DNA from: a virus
Lineage: Duplodnaviria > Caudoviricetes
Reading direction: 5' to 3' (one strand)
Length of the DNA: 64,000 nt
Virus record (IMG/VR): IMGVR_UViG_3300042564_004954
Span: 4,169 to 68,168 of that record
Shown here: positions 56,301 to 64,000 of the stretch, piece by piece
Layout: each line of letters begins with the position of its first letter
Position numbering within the stretch: position 1 is the stretch's first letter
The notes under the pieces: model-generated
Database searches by the model: none
Told to the model about the DNA's origin: nothing
Seen by the model: the letters and a program-made list of their open reading frames with translations, nothing else
Program-made: the position numbers and the translations under genes

Positions 56301-57529
56301 ATTCAAATACTTTTACTGGATCTAATGCTGGTGAACCAGTTAATGGATCAATACAATTAACTGGTGGAGTTTGGCCAGATACTAGTACATCTGGATCTGT
56401 TTATGTTGAAGACGGTGCAACAAGTCAACATTATGTTTATAGACGGCCAATAGATAATATTCAATCTGGAATAAATTATGTATCATCAATTTTCTTAAAA
56501 CAGCCATATTATGGACAATACTCTTATGTTTTGACTGGTGTTGGTGGATCTATAACTGGTACTGGTTATTATCCATTTACTAATGGGGTTATTTATCCGC
56601 CAGGTCAAGGTGGTGTTCCAACTAGCGCAAACTTATCTACTTATAGCGGCCAACTAAATACTGGTAGAAGATATGTTCTTGGAAGGTTAGTAACTGCTGG
56701 GTCTATTCCTGATACAAGAGTTGTTATCGATTTACATAGTGGAATTAGCGGTGGAAGAACGGTATCAGTTTCTGGTTTTACAAATCCAACATTTTTTACA
56801 GGAATAAAATATCCTAATAATTGGTATAGGCTCGTAATAGGTCAAACAGCAACTGGTGCGGCTCTTGTTGGTGCTAATTGTGAATTTTGGTCAACAACTG
56901 GATTTGGCGTTAACGCTAATTCATACTCTGGTCTTAATGGACCAGGTTTTCAAATATTTGGCCACCAACTTGAAACTGCATTTAGTGGAGATGGGGCTAC
57001 AAGTTATAAGCCAACAACTGGTTCAGTTGGAACACTTACGCGAGACGTATTCGCAATTGGTGGAAATGATTTTAGTGGTTTTTATAATCAAAATCAAGGA
57101 ACGTATTTTATTGAAGCAGAGTTATTGCAATATAATACATGGCAAACAATGGGAATGATGGGTATAGAAGGTAGTGATAGGCAATCTGGATCATATGCTT
57201 TGACTAGAGTTGGTGCTAATTTTGCAACAAATTTTTCTTCAGGTCCACCAAGTCATCAATCACAAGCTAATTTTTCAAAAACAACTGGTTCGCGTGGTGT
57301 ATTAGTTATGGCATCTTATAAAGAAAACAGCTTTAAGACATCATTTTATAATGAAACAACACGAACAGATACGAGCGGAAGACTTGGATCATTGCCGATG
57401 AATAAGCTCGTTTTTGGGGCAAATGGAGAAACTGCTGGGCCGCAATTTAGTAACATGTATCTTCAAAGATTTTCTTATTGGCCGCTTCAGTTTCAAGATA
57501 GTAAATTAACAGGAATATATAGATATTAA
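53396..57529 (+). CDS. tail fibre / receptor-binding protein
   Basis: 1377 aa; repeated G.QTI.G.KTF, N.FG repeats, PRFDH, GLLLE, GAQLE. Confidence 0.8.
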   Translation: MDLQGKKLSATYKNLLCNGPDATQTITLGNNGAVPWQANGIVVINGTAQTVTTPTTFNTLTVPSTVSFTSNGSIVKTGNHAVTLTTSSNSNITFSSATAFTYTVPNPGTNASFVMTEGAQTINGNKTFNGEIKIFGDTEIGLTGTATNLFGTGASTNRFGDNVITSNSFGNNVTGLSATNSFGNSSRYNAFGETSNINRFGVLVTGSNQFGSGVSGSTASNGFGIDLRSGAINNFGKNSKNFFGENGENYFYSGSFAGPLTLPATVSYTSAGQIVKAGNHTLGLTTTAGTTGTLPTGNITIAALEGTQTFAGEKTFSSGINILKTTDQLVLGNTTKLTISSTAPASNRRYIIPDAGKDVNFILSSGAQTIEGTTTFTSTVNASITGNAGSTTNAVYTTGGQTINGVKNFSSRPTVNGSGVFLSGEAVPGAYTAFRLFFGSGLRLTNGSAPFTWNGNQEKTVEIDTSIITSLTGNQTLNGIKSFNDPVVINTGSNQLQLGTTNRLTITTSQAAARTYTIPDVGGNADFVMTSGSQNITGTKTFASQLIVATGSNHLVLRTGNAGSNSFTISAPIISGSRIYTLPDVNGNASFIMSTGAQTINGGLNFTTRPTVNGVNMLLSGDTSIFTRVEATNLVYNTGDQIISGRKRFRNASVVPYGPFENDIDADFNGLLSSREVYFTNDGNTRSAIEIPTLDMVYETGATTLTPRIGPTPSFSRTQINTSGSYLASDGYIKYVAANQPRFDHTLSKNLFYGPENLSQWWRYPEYSSGFTEKMMDFNVEINPFKSVRNATKIIEITGSGVPAGYLLRRDISFNSGFNYTMSVFAKPINNNFIVLTLAGGTRAFYNLSNGSISGMGGRTIISSGIDSSYGNGWSRLWLSIAYDSQAARYENLITSSNSTGALNKTVTTRSDAFYVWGAQLEESPTVTTYDPAYGNWFEDQGTLAGTYKSFRAPKGLLLEKDSNNYILNSNTFTGSNAGEPVNGSIQLTGGVWPDTSTSGSVYVEDGATSQHYVYRRPIDNIQSGINYVSSIFLKQPYYGQYSYVLTGVGGSITGTGYYPFTNGVIYPPGQGGVPTSANLSTYSGQLNTGRRYVLGRLVTAGSIPDTRVVIDLHSGISGGRTVSVSGFTNPTFFTGIKYPNNWYRLVIGQTATGAALVGANCEFWSTTGFGVNANSYSGLNGPGFQIFGHQLETAFSGDGATSYKPTTGSVGTLTRDVFAIGGNDFSGFYNQNQGTYFIEAELLQYNTWQTMGMMGIEGSDRQSGSYALTRVGANFATNFSSGPPSHQSQANFSKTTGSRGVLVMASYKENSFKTSFYNETTRTDTSGRLGSLPMNKLVFGANGETAGPQFSNMYLQRFSYWPLQFQDSKLTGIYRY

Positions 57530-57531
57530 TT

Positions 57532-59712
57532 ATGGCAGACGGAGATCAAAATGTAGTATATGTTTTAAACGCAGAAAACCGCTTTGCGCTTTTCCCAGGT
57601 ATTGGATTAACATCAAGCGGAGGAGCTTATGACGGTTCTGTAGAAAGATATTTTGATGTTGATACATCTTTATTTCTTTCATTAAGTGGCGAGCAAATAA
57701 TAGATGGCCAAAAAACATTTGCGCTGAATCCAATTATAGGCACTGCAGAACCAGTCTTAACGACTGGAGATCAAACAGTCGCTGGTATAAAAACATTTAC
57801 AGATCGTCCTTTTGTTAATGGTATTGGAGTTGTTTTAAGTGGTGATGCTGCTGGTATAGCAACACCAAATGATTTGACTTTTGGATTTGGCATTGAATCA
57901 AGCGGAGATTTTTTTAATGGAAGTGCTGCTAAAACAATAGCAATCAATTCAAATGAAATTGTATCTATTACTGGAGTAGAAGAAATTAGTGGGCAAAAAA
58001 CATTTACACTTACGCCAAAAGTTGGTAGTGGAACTGTTATATTAAACACTGGTGAACAAACATTAAGTGGAAAACTTATTATTAATAATGAATTTATTCA
58101 ATCTGGTTCGTTGAATATAGGTGGAACTGGAAGTGGAAACTTTTTTGGTACTTCAGCTATTTTAAATAGTTTTGGAAATTCTGGTCAGGCGAATAATTTT
58201 GGAGATTTTTCTATATTAAATTCATTTGGGGCAAATACACCAACAAACGAATTTGGAAAACTTTCTGTTAATAAATTTGGAGAAAGCGGTATCAATACTT
58301 TTTACTCTGGAATATTTACTGGACAAACCATTTTTGAAAATAATATTATGGTTGGTGGTGGCAAACCAGTAATGAATACTGGCGTAGAAATAATAGGTGG
58401 TTTAAAAACATTTTCAAATGATTTGGTGGTTGAGGGAGATTTAATTTTAGGACATGGTAATACTATTATATATTCAGATGTAGATACTATAATTGGTGGT
58501 TCTGGAAATAGTTTAAGTGGAGATGCTTCAGTAATTTTAGGTGGAGTCAATAATCGTTTAAGCGGAGATGGTTCGTTTATTGGAGTTGGAACTGAAAATA
58601 AAGTATCAGGAGTTTATTCTTTTCTGGGTGGTGGAAGTTTAAATGAATTATTTGGGGATCATAATTTTATAGGAGCTGGTATTAAAAATAAAATAACTGG
58701 TTCTAGTGTTGCATCTACTATTGTAAATGGAGAAAATAATATAATTAGTAATAGTTCAGGCTGTGCAATTTTAGGTGGTATCGGTAATTATGTGAAATCT
58801 GATTATTCTTTTGATTATTCTTCTTCTGCTGGCAGCGGATCTCTTTGGAACAATATTGGCGGTGGTTATGAAAATGGAATTATACTATCTTCTAATGCTA
58901 ATTTCTCTGCTGCTAATTTAATTAATGGTGGAGCGTATCATAGGATTCATGACTCAATTGTTTGTGCAATTGCTGGTGGATTGAGTAATATAATAAGTGG
59001 TAACTCGCGGACTTGTTTTATTGGAGCTGGTAGTGAAAATAAAATTATAAGTACAGAAGATAGTAGTGTTGGTGGTGGTTTGCAAAATTTTATAAGTGGA
59101 GGAGCAGGTAATTCAATATTTGGTGGTGTAAATAATAGAATTATTAGTGATTCAATAATAATTTACAACTCGTTTATTGGTGGCGGTTCTTCAAATACAA
59201 TTTATGATGGAGGAAGTTCAGTTGTTGTAGGTGGTTATTCTAACTTATGTATAGGTGAAGGTTCTTTTATTGGCGGCGGTGGATCAAACCGTGTTAGTGG
59301 TGATAATGGTGTAGTTGTATGTGGAAATAATAACCAAGCAGTTGGAGTTAGATCAACAGTTTTGAATGGATTTTCAAATATAGCATCTGGGCAATATTCC
59401 ACCGTATTAGCAGGAGATGGTAATCAAGCTTTAGCAAGTTATTCAACAGTCATTGGAAGAAGAGCCATAACTCGCACAGGAGATTTAGGTGCAACAGTTA
59501 TTTCTGATGGACAAGAAAGAGATCATTACTCAAGAGGAGCGCATACTTTAAGCTTAGACTTCTTCGATGGTGTTTATTTAAGATTACCGCAATTTACTGG
59601 ATTATCATCTCAAACAGGAAATCGTGGTGAAATGGCAGTCAGTGGAGACTTTTTATATGTATGTACTGGAAGCGTTTCTGGATGGGGAAGAATTCAATTA
59701 AGTTCTTTTTAA
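57532..59712 (+). CDS. tail fibre protein with GG.N beta-solenoid repeats
   Basis: 726 aa; repeated IGGG..N.I. Confidence 0.8.
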   Translation: MADGDQNVVYVLNAENRFALFPGIGLTSSGGAYDGSVERYFDVDTSLFLSLSGEQIIDGQKTFALNPIIGTAEPVLTTGDQTVAGIKTFTDRPFVNGIGVVLSGDAAGIATPNDLTFGFGIESSGDFFNGSAAKTIAINSNEIVSITGVEEISGQKTFTLTPKVGSGTVILNTGEQTLSGKLIINNEFIQSGSLNIGGTGSGNFFGTSAILNSFGNSGQANNFGDFSILNSFGANTPTNEFGKLSVNKFGESGINTFYSGIFTGQTIFENNIMVGGGKPVMNTGVEIIGGLKTFSNDLVVEGDLILGHGNTIIYSDVDTIIGGSGNSLSGDASVILGGVNNRLSGDGSFIGVGTENKVSGVYSFLGGGSLNELFGDHNFIGAGIKNKITGSSVASTIVNGENNIISNSSGCAILGGIGNYVKSDYSFDYSSSAGSGSLWNNIGGGYENGIILSSNANFSAANLINGGAYHRIHDSIVCAIAGGLSNIISGNSRTCFIGAGSENKIISTEDSSVGGGLQNFISGGAGNSIFGGVNNRIISDSIIIYNSFIGGGSSNTIYDGGSSVVVGGYSNLCIGEGSFIGGGGSNRVSGDNGVVVCGNNNQAVGVRSTVLNGFSNIASGQYSTVLAGDGNQALASYSTVIGRRAITRTGDLGATVISDGQERDHYSRGAHTLSLDFFDGVYLRLPQFTGLSSQTGNRGEMAVSGDFLYVCTGSVSGWGRIQLSSF

Positions 59713-60098
59713 TTATAATCAACCTTGACAGTTTTACTTTCAAAAGATTTCATCTGTTCTGGGTGTTTAGCACCCTTACGTTCTTTTGAGTAATTTTCAA
59801 AGTACTTTTCTTTAACAGGATCTTTGCCGCCAGCTAGTTCTGCACGTTTATTACTCATTTCGGCGCTTCTGTCCAATAAATCACCATACGTCCCCTTTTT
59901 AGTTCCAGTCTTTTCCGCAAATTGTTTTGAGCTAAATGGATCTATTTGAGAATCAATAGAGGCGCATGGAGAATAAAACACTCTGATCCAATCATCTTCA
60001 TCTCCATTTTCACCAAAGTATTCATGTTTATCATTCATTGATTGAAAAACATCACGATGTTCATCGGTTGATTTTCTTTTGTAAGTATAGACTGGCAT
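59709..60098 (-). CDS. FmdB-like protein lacking Cys ligands
   Basis: MPVYTY..QSMND.H..W.RVF. Confidence 0.65.
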   Translation of the reverse strand: MPVYTYKRKSTDEHRDVFQSMNDKHEYFGENGDEDDWIRVFYSPCASIDSQIDPFSSKQFAEKTGTKKGTYGDLLDRSAEMSNKRAELAGGKDPVKEKYFENYSKERKGAKHPEQMKSFESKTVKVDYN

Positions 60099-60109
60099 AT
60101 ATTACTATA

Positions 60110-60143
60110 AAAAAAACAGGTGGAAATTCAATTCCACCTGTTT
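60110..60143 (-). terminator. intrinsic terminator
   Basis: AAACAGGTGGAA-ATTCAA-TTCCACCTGTTT. Confidence 0.8.
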
Positions 60144-60161
60144 AATTTGGGTTTAACTATA

Positions 60162-60503
60162 TTATGCTATTTTGATTTCCACTTTATCAGTTACTGATTT
60201 CTTTGGAAGTGTTAATTTAAGCAATCCGTTTTTATATTCTGATTTAATATGATTAATTGAAACAGCGTTATTAAGATTAATAACTAAATCTTTAGATCTC
60301 TCTTCATTTTTAGCTTTAATTTTAAGAACTTCATCTGTCGCTGTGATTTTAATTTCAGATTTATCATATCCAGCAAGTTCAACTTCTGCCGTATAAACAT
60401 CTCCGATATCTTTAATAGAAGATTTTTGAGAGTTTTTTTTGCAGCAAGAGTCTGATGCTGAAAATAATTCGTCGAATAGTGTATTAGTAAATAATGTACT
60501 CAT
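60162..60503 (-). CDS. small heat-shock protein (Hsp20)
   Basis: ELAGYDKSEI, YKNGLLKLTLPK. Confidence 0.9.
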   Translation of the reverse strand: MSTLFTNTLFDELFSASDSCCKKNSQKSSIKDIGDVYTAEVELAGYDKSEIKITATDEVLKIKAKNEERSKDLVINLNNAVSINHIKSEYKNGLLKLTLPKKSVTDKVEIKIA

Positions 60504-60515
60504 AGGCTTTTTCTA

Positions 60516-60631
60516 TATCATATATCGTGCCAAGTGTCAACCCCCGAAAATACTAGACAAAATGGCGCTCGCAATATGTTCATATGTCATATTGACCGAC
60601 AACTTTTGTCCCTCTGCGTTATTTTGTCCTA
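60516..60631 (-). promoter_or_regulatory. possible sigma54 promoter with upstream activator-like repeats
   Basis: TTGGCACG-ATAT-ATGAT; upstream GACAAAATGGC, TGTCATATTGAC, GACAAAATAAC. Confidence 0.4.
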
Positions 60632-61450
60632 CTTTGATGAGTTGTGTGGATTTTTTTTAGGTCCATTAGGTATAGATAAAAATTTATTATATTTTCTAGA
60701 AAGTTTTAAATCGCTTTCACTATTATAAATCCAATTTAAAAAATTTAATACGTTATTTCTACCAGAAATAATTAAATCACATGATTTAGGGTTTTGTTTA
60801 TAAATTTTTAAAGAAGGTTTGTAATTAATATGTTTTTCTAAAAATCTTTGACAAGATTTGCAAAATATAGTAGAAGATGTAATTTTTACTGAAAAATGAG
60901 TAAATTTAGGTGATATATATAAAGAACCATCTCCATCAAAAACGCCTCTAAAAAAATCATTTATAAAGTTTAACGGGAGCTTTTCTTCATAAAAATCTAA
61001 CACTAAACTTTTATTTTGAACAACTCCTAAATTTAATAAATCGTTACACATTTTTTTGCTACATAATTCTAACCTTGATCTTAACTTTCCGTTTTCACAA
61101 GATGGTTTAAGGGTTTTAATAGAACCACCGTAGTCTAAAATTTTAGATATCTCATATAATATATATTCATCATCTTTAGTTAATTGAATTCCCCATCTAT
61201 TACCAGAGACGTTATTCCACCCATCTGCATATATTAATCCAAGTATATAACATTTATCATTAGTATTTATGTTTTCAAAAAAAGACTCATTTAAAGAGAG
61301 TTTTCTCCTTCCTTTTTTAATACCACTCTTTTTAAGAAATTTTTCTACAGTAGTTTCTGATACATTTATTAATTGAGATATTTTTTTATTAGATAAATTT
61401 AAATTATTTAATATAATATTTGATTTTTCTACATTTATTTTTAAATTCAT
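60629..61450 (-). CDS. free-standing LAGLIDADG homing endonuclease
   Basis: YILGLIYADG, FFRGVFDGDG, LSRK. Confidence 0.9.
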   Translation of the reverse strand: MNLKINVEKSNIILNNLNLSNKKISQLINVSETTVEKFLKKSGIKKGRRKLSLNESFFENINTNDKCYILGLIYADGWNNVSGNRWGIQLTKDDEYILYEISKILDYGGSIKTLKPSCENGKLRSRLELCSKKMCNDLLNLGVVQNKSLVLDFYEEKLPLNFINDFFRGVFDGDGSLYISPKFTHFSVKITSSTIFCKSCQRFLEKHINYKPSLKIYKQNPKSCDLIISGRNNVLNFLNWIYNSESDLKLSRKYNKFLSIPNGPKKNPHNSSK

Positions 61451-61490
61451 ATTATGGAAGATGTAATATATTTACACCATTAATCTGAAT

Positions 61491-62570
61491 TTATTCAAAT
61501 ATTTTTTTAAGCAATAAATCAGCTGTATTGGAGTAGGTAAATTTTTCAGATAATTTAATGCCTTCAAAATTTAATTGTCCAGATTTTTTTTCTGCCATTT
61601 CCATAGCAGAAATCATTGATTCGTCAGAGTAAATTGGCCATTTTCCTTGATTAAAGTCAGAACCCTTTTGAAAGAAAACTTGATCATAACATTCTATTTC
61701 AGATTCAGATTCAACTAAAATACTATTTTCATTATTTGCCCAATCTTTATGAGCTGTAGCATTATGAACTATAGACCATTTACCAAGGCATGTAGCATTA
61801 AATGCTGGCAAATTCCAACCCTCCGATAAACTTAAACCAGTCAAGTCGATATCAATTGCATTTAAGAATTCATTAACTTCTTTGTTTGTCTTGAGATACG
61901 GAAGAAAATTAATGTTAGTATATCTTTTTCCCTCTAAAACATTTTCAATAATCCCCTGCATTTGCTCTGGTTTAAAGAATGGATTTGTAACGCAGCAAGT
62001 CAACTGATATTTATTGTCATTACCATATTTCTTAAGCCAAGACTTAATGATTTTGCCAGTATGCTTTCTGTTTTCAAACTTACCCATCAAACCAAAATGG
62101 ATCACACCTTCAAGATATTTCTTATTAGTGCGGGTAAAGTCTTTATCAAACCCCATAGGTACATAAGTTGCATTTTCACAACCGTTAGATAAAAACTTAT
62201 CTCTTGAGTAGGTTGAGCTAAAGAATACTTTATCCTGAGCTTTGCAAAGTGTTTTTTCAAGTTCTGTTGGTTCACTGCATTCATAAAACGTTAGTAGATT
62301 TTGAGTTGAGTTTTTTCTATTTTCACTTCCGTTAAGATGCCATAATTTAAAACCAGGAATATCTTTTGATAAGTAATCAAATCGAGTATCAATAGATTTT
62401 TGCAACCATTGCCCAAAATCTTGGGAAATTTCAAAAGTAGAAATGTCAAGATTCCCAATTGGGAAAATTCCAACATCAACATTTTTCTTATAAAATTCTC
62501 TGAGAATGTTCAATGAGACATTCCCAAAGCTAAGTGAATTAAGTGGAGCTTCTACTAAAAGTTTCATCAA
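61491..62570 (-). CDS. GT-B glycosyltransferase
   Basis: GKFENRK, SEGWNLP, HKDW. Confidence 0.85.
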   Translation of the reverse strand: MMKLLVEAPLNSLSFGNVSLNILREFYKKNVDVGIFPIGNLDISTFEISQDFGQWLQKSIDTRFDYLSKDIPGFKLWHLNGSENRKNSTQNLLTFYECSEPTELEKTLCKAQDKVFFSSTYSRDKFLSNGCENATYVPMGFDKDFTRTNKKYLEGVIHFGLMGKFENRKHTGKIIKSWLKKYGNDNKYQLTCCVTNPFFKPEQMQGIIENVLEGKRYTNINFLPYLKTNKEVNEFLNAIDIDLTGLSLSEGWNLPAFNATCLGKWSIVHNATAHKDWANNENSILVESESEIECYDQVFFQKGSDFNQGKWPIYSDESMISAMEMAEKKSGQLNFEGIKLSEKFTYSNTADLLLKKIFE

Positions 62571-62989
62571 AATGGAATATCTTCAGTGTTGTCTCCAGCA
62601 CCTTCTGAGATTGGAGTATTTGCATTTTTATTAGTTCTATATGTCGCTTCACTTTCTGCAGGTCCAGAACCATCGTCCTTCTTCAAGGCTGAATTCATAA
62701 ACTTAACCTTATTGGCACGGATAAAATGTCGGCTTTGCGTTACACCTTCTTTATTGGTCCACGAAGACATACAAAGCTCTCCCTCAACCATAATCTCTCT
62801 ACCCTTCTTCATGAATTTAGCGCAAGCTTCTGCTGTCTTATCCCAAGCCTCACAATCAATAAAGCACTTTGTCTTTGCTTGATTTTCTGAAACGCAGATT
62901 CGCATTGAGCATACTGACTTACCACTTTGGGTTTGTTTGATTTCTGGATCTTTTACTAGGTGTGCTAGTGTAATAATTGTATTAAACAT
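62567..62989 (-). CDS. ssb: single-stranded DNA-binding protein
   Basis: LVKDPE, FIDCEAW.KTAE, VEGEL, C-terminal EDIPF. Confidence 0.93.
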   Translation of the reverse strand: MFNTIITLAHLVKDPEIKQTQSGKSVCSMRICVSENQAKTKCFIDCEAWDKTAEACAKFMKKGREIMVEGELCMSSWTNKEGVTQSRHFIRANKVKFMNSALKKDDGSGPAESEATYRTNKNANTPISEGAGDNTEDIPF

Positions 62990-63551
62990 TTTCTAATTCT
63001 TTCTTTGTTTGTTCTATAAACTTATTATGAATATTGATGCATCCTTGTATGCTCATCCTAAGTTTTTTCGCAATATTTTTCCAAGGTGTGAGTTTATTAT
63101 AGTCCGAACCATATCTCATGTCAATGATTTTTTTGATTCTTTTGTCTTCATGTGTTTCAGCTAATTTATAAATCTTATTAAGTATTTCATAATTTTGTAA
63201 ATCTGAAACAAAATCACCAGAAACCTCTTTATCATTTTCATGATACTCAAGAGGTTCTTCTTTTCTTTTTTTATTCTTATTATATAAATTTAAACATTTC
63301 CAACGGGTTTCATTCGCTAGATACGTAGGAAATTTAGTATTTAAATCTGGATTATATTTTAATGCGGCATTATATATGGTATAATCCTTATCTGCTATAA
63401 CGTCAGTTTTATTAACAAAATCACAAGAATCAGATATAATCTTATTTACAATAGTCATATAAATACCAGAGTGTCTATCAATTAACTCTTTAAGACACCA
63501 GTTGTCATTGTGATTTTTAATTTCATTTATAAGGAATAAGTCTGTCTCCAT
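62982..63551 (-). CDS. sigma-factor-like protein
   Basis: YNPDLNTKFPTYL region-2-like; WKNIAKKLRMS HTH. Confidence 0.7.
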   Translation of the reverse strand: METDLFLINEIKNHNDNWCLKELIDRHSGIYMTIVNKIISDSCDFVNKTDVIADKDYTIYNAALKYNPDLNTKFPTYLANETRWKCLNLYNKNKKRKEEPLEYHENDKEVSGDFVSDLQNYEILNKIYKLAETHEDKRIKKIIDMRYGSDYNKLTPWKNIAKKLRMSIQGCINIHNKFIEQTKKELENV

Positions 63552-64000
63552 AAAGAAAGCTGTTGATCACTTATTGTATTGGATATAATTTCAAAAGCAA
63601 CAGAAATTAATATTTTTTTATCTTCTGTTGTACACCATACAAACGAATGATCAGAGCTTTCTCTTAAAAACGTATTATTTTCAGCCTCATCTTGATTTGC
63701 ATCTGGGACCAGTTCTCCATTTTCATTAATCCTATCGACAAAAAACATATAGCCATTGTTATTTTTAACCCAATCAAATTCATTTTTAAATCTTATATCA
63801 GGTACAATTAGGATTGAGTTTTCTTCAATTGAGTCTTGGATTTTTTTAATCCAAATATCTGGATCAAGTTTTCTTCTGACGTGCGTACCCCATGTGACTA
63901 AAAATGGTCTAATAATATTCTTTTCTTCGGTTTTTTCTGTAAAGACATCAATACCCAAAGTATTGAAAATAAAGTCTTTAGACTCTAGTTTTAATTGATC
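63527..64000 (-). CDS. deoxynucleoside monophosphate kinase (5' part outside window)
   Basis: RPFLVTWG, DIWIKK, VPDIRFKNE. Confidence 0.8.
   Translation of the reverse strand, partial: DQLKLESKDFIFNTLGIDVFTEKTEEKNIIRPFLVTWGTHVRRKLDPDIWIKKIQDSIEENSILIVPDIRFKNEFDWVKNNNGYMFFVDRINENGELVPDANQDEAENNTFLRESSDHSFVWCTTEDKKILISVAFEIISNTISDQQLSLWRQTYSL

Noticed and set aside
20502-59712. Diversity-generating retroelement targeting the lectin or fibre genes
   Set aside because: No reverse transcriptase and no adenine-only mismatched template/variable pair seen
1-64000. Stop-codon reassignment
   Set aside because: Long genes are intact under the standard code and TAA, TAG and TGA all end genes

Overview
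The window is part of a large tailed dsDNA phage genome (standard genetic code; host not determinable from sequence alone). It has four parts. (i) 1-8.9 kb: mostly rightward small genes, a sulfotransferase, a RuvB-like ATPase, an HhH glycosylase, a D-arm-less tRNA(UCU), a candidate origin and a candidate ncRNA. (ii) 9.0-20.3 kb: a visibly more GC-rich leftward early-type region of about 35 tiny genes, most with their own sigma70-type promoter, usually placed for a leaderless mRNA. It is punctuated by nine copies of a tripartite repeat (27-bp palindromic arm / 23-bp GC core / 27-bp palindromic arm) and contains a promoter-driven 63-nt pseudoknot RNA candidate. (iii) 20.5-59.7 kb: morphogenesis genes preceded by a recurring GTGTAA motif: PhoH, sigma-like factor, ERCC4 nuclease, intein-containing terminase, portal, protease/scaffold, capsid, an inverted tail-tube/neck block, a 2651-aa tape measure with inserted domains, lectin-bearing tail proteins and fibres. 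(iv) 59.7-64 kb: leftward Hsp20, LAGLIDADG endonuclease, glycosyltransferase, SSB, sigma-like factor and dNMP kinase. The best candidate for an undescribed system is the repeat-delimited array of self-promoted mini-genes in (ii); no cognate recombinase is visible in this window. All product calls come from motif recognition by eye; no database searches were run.
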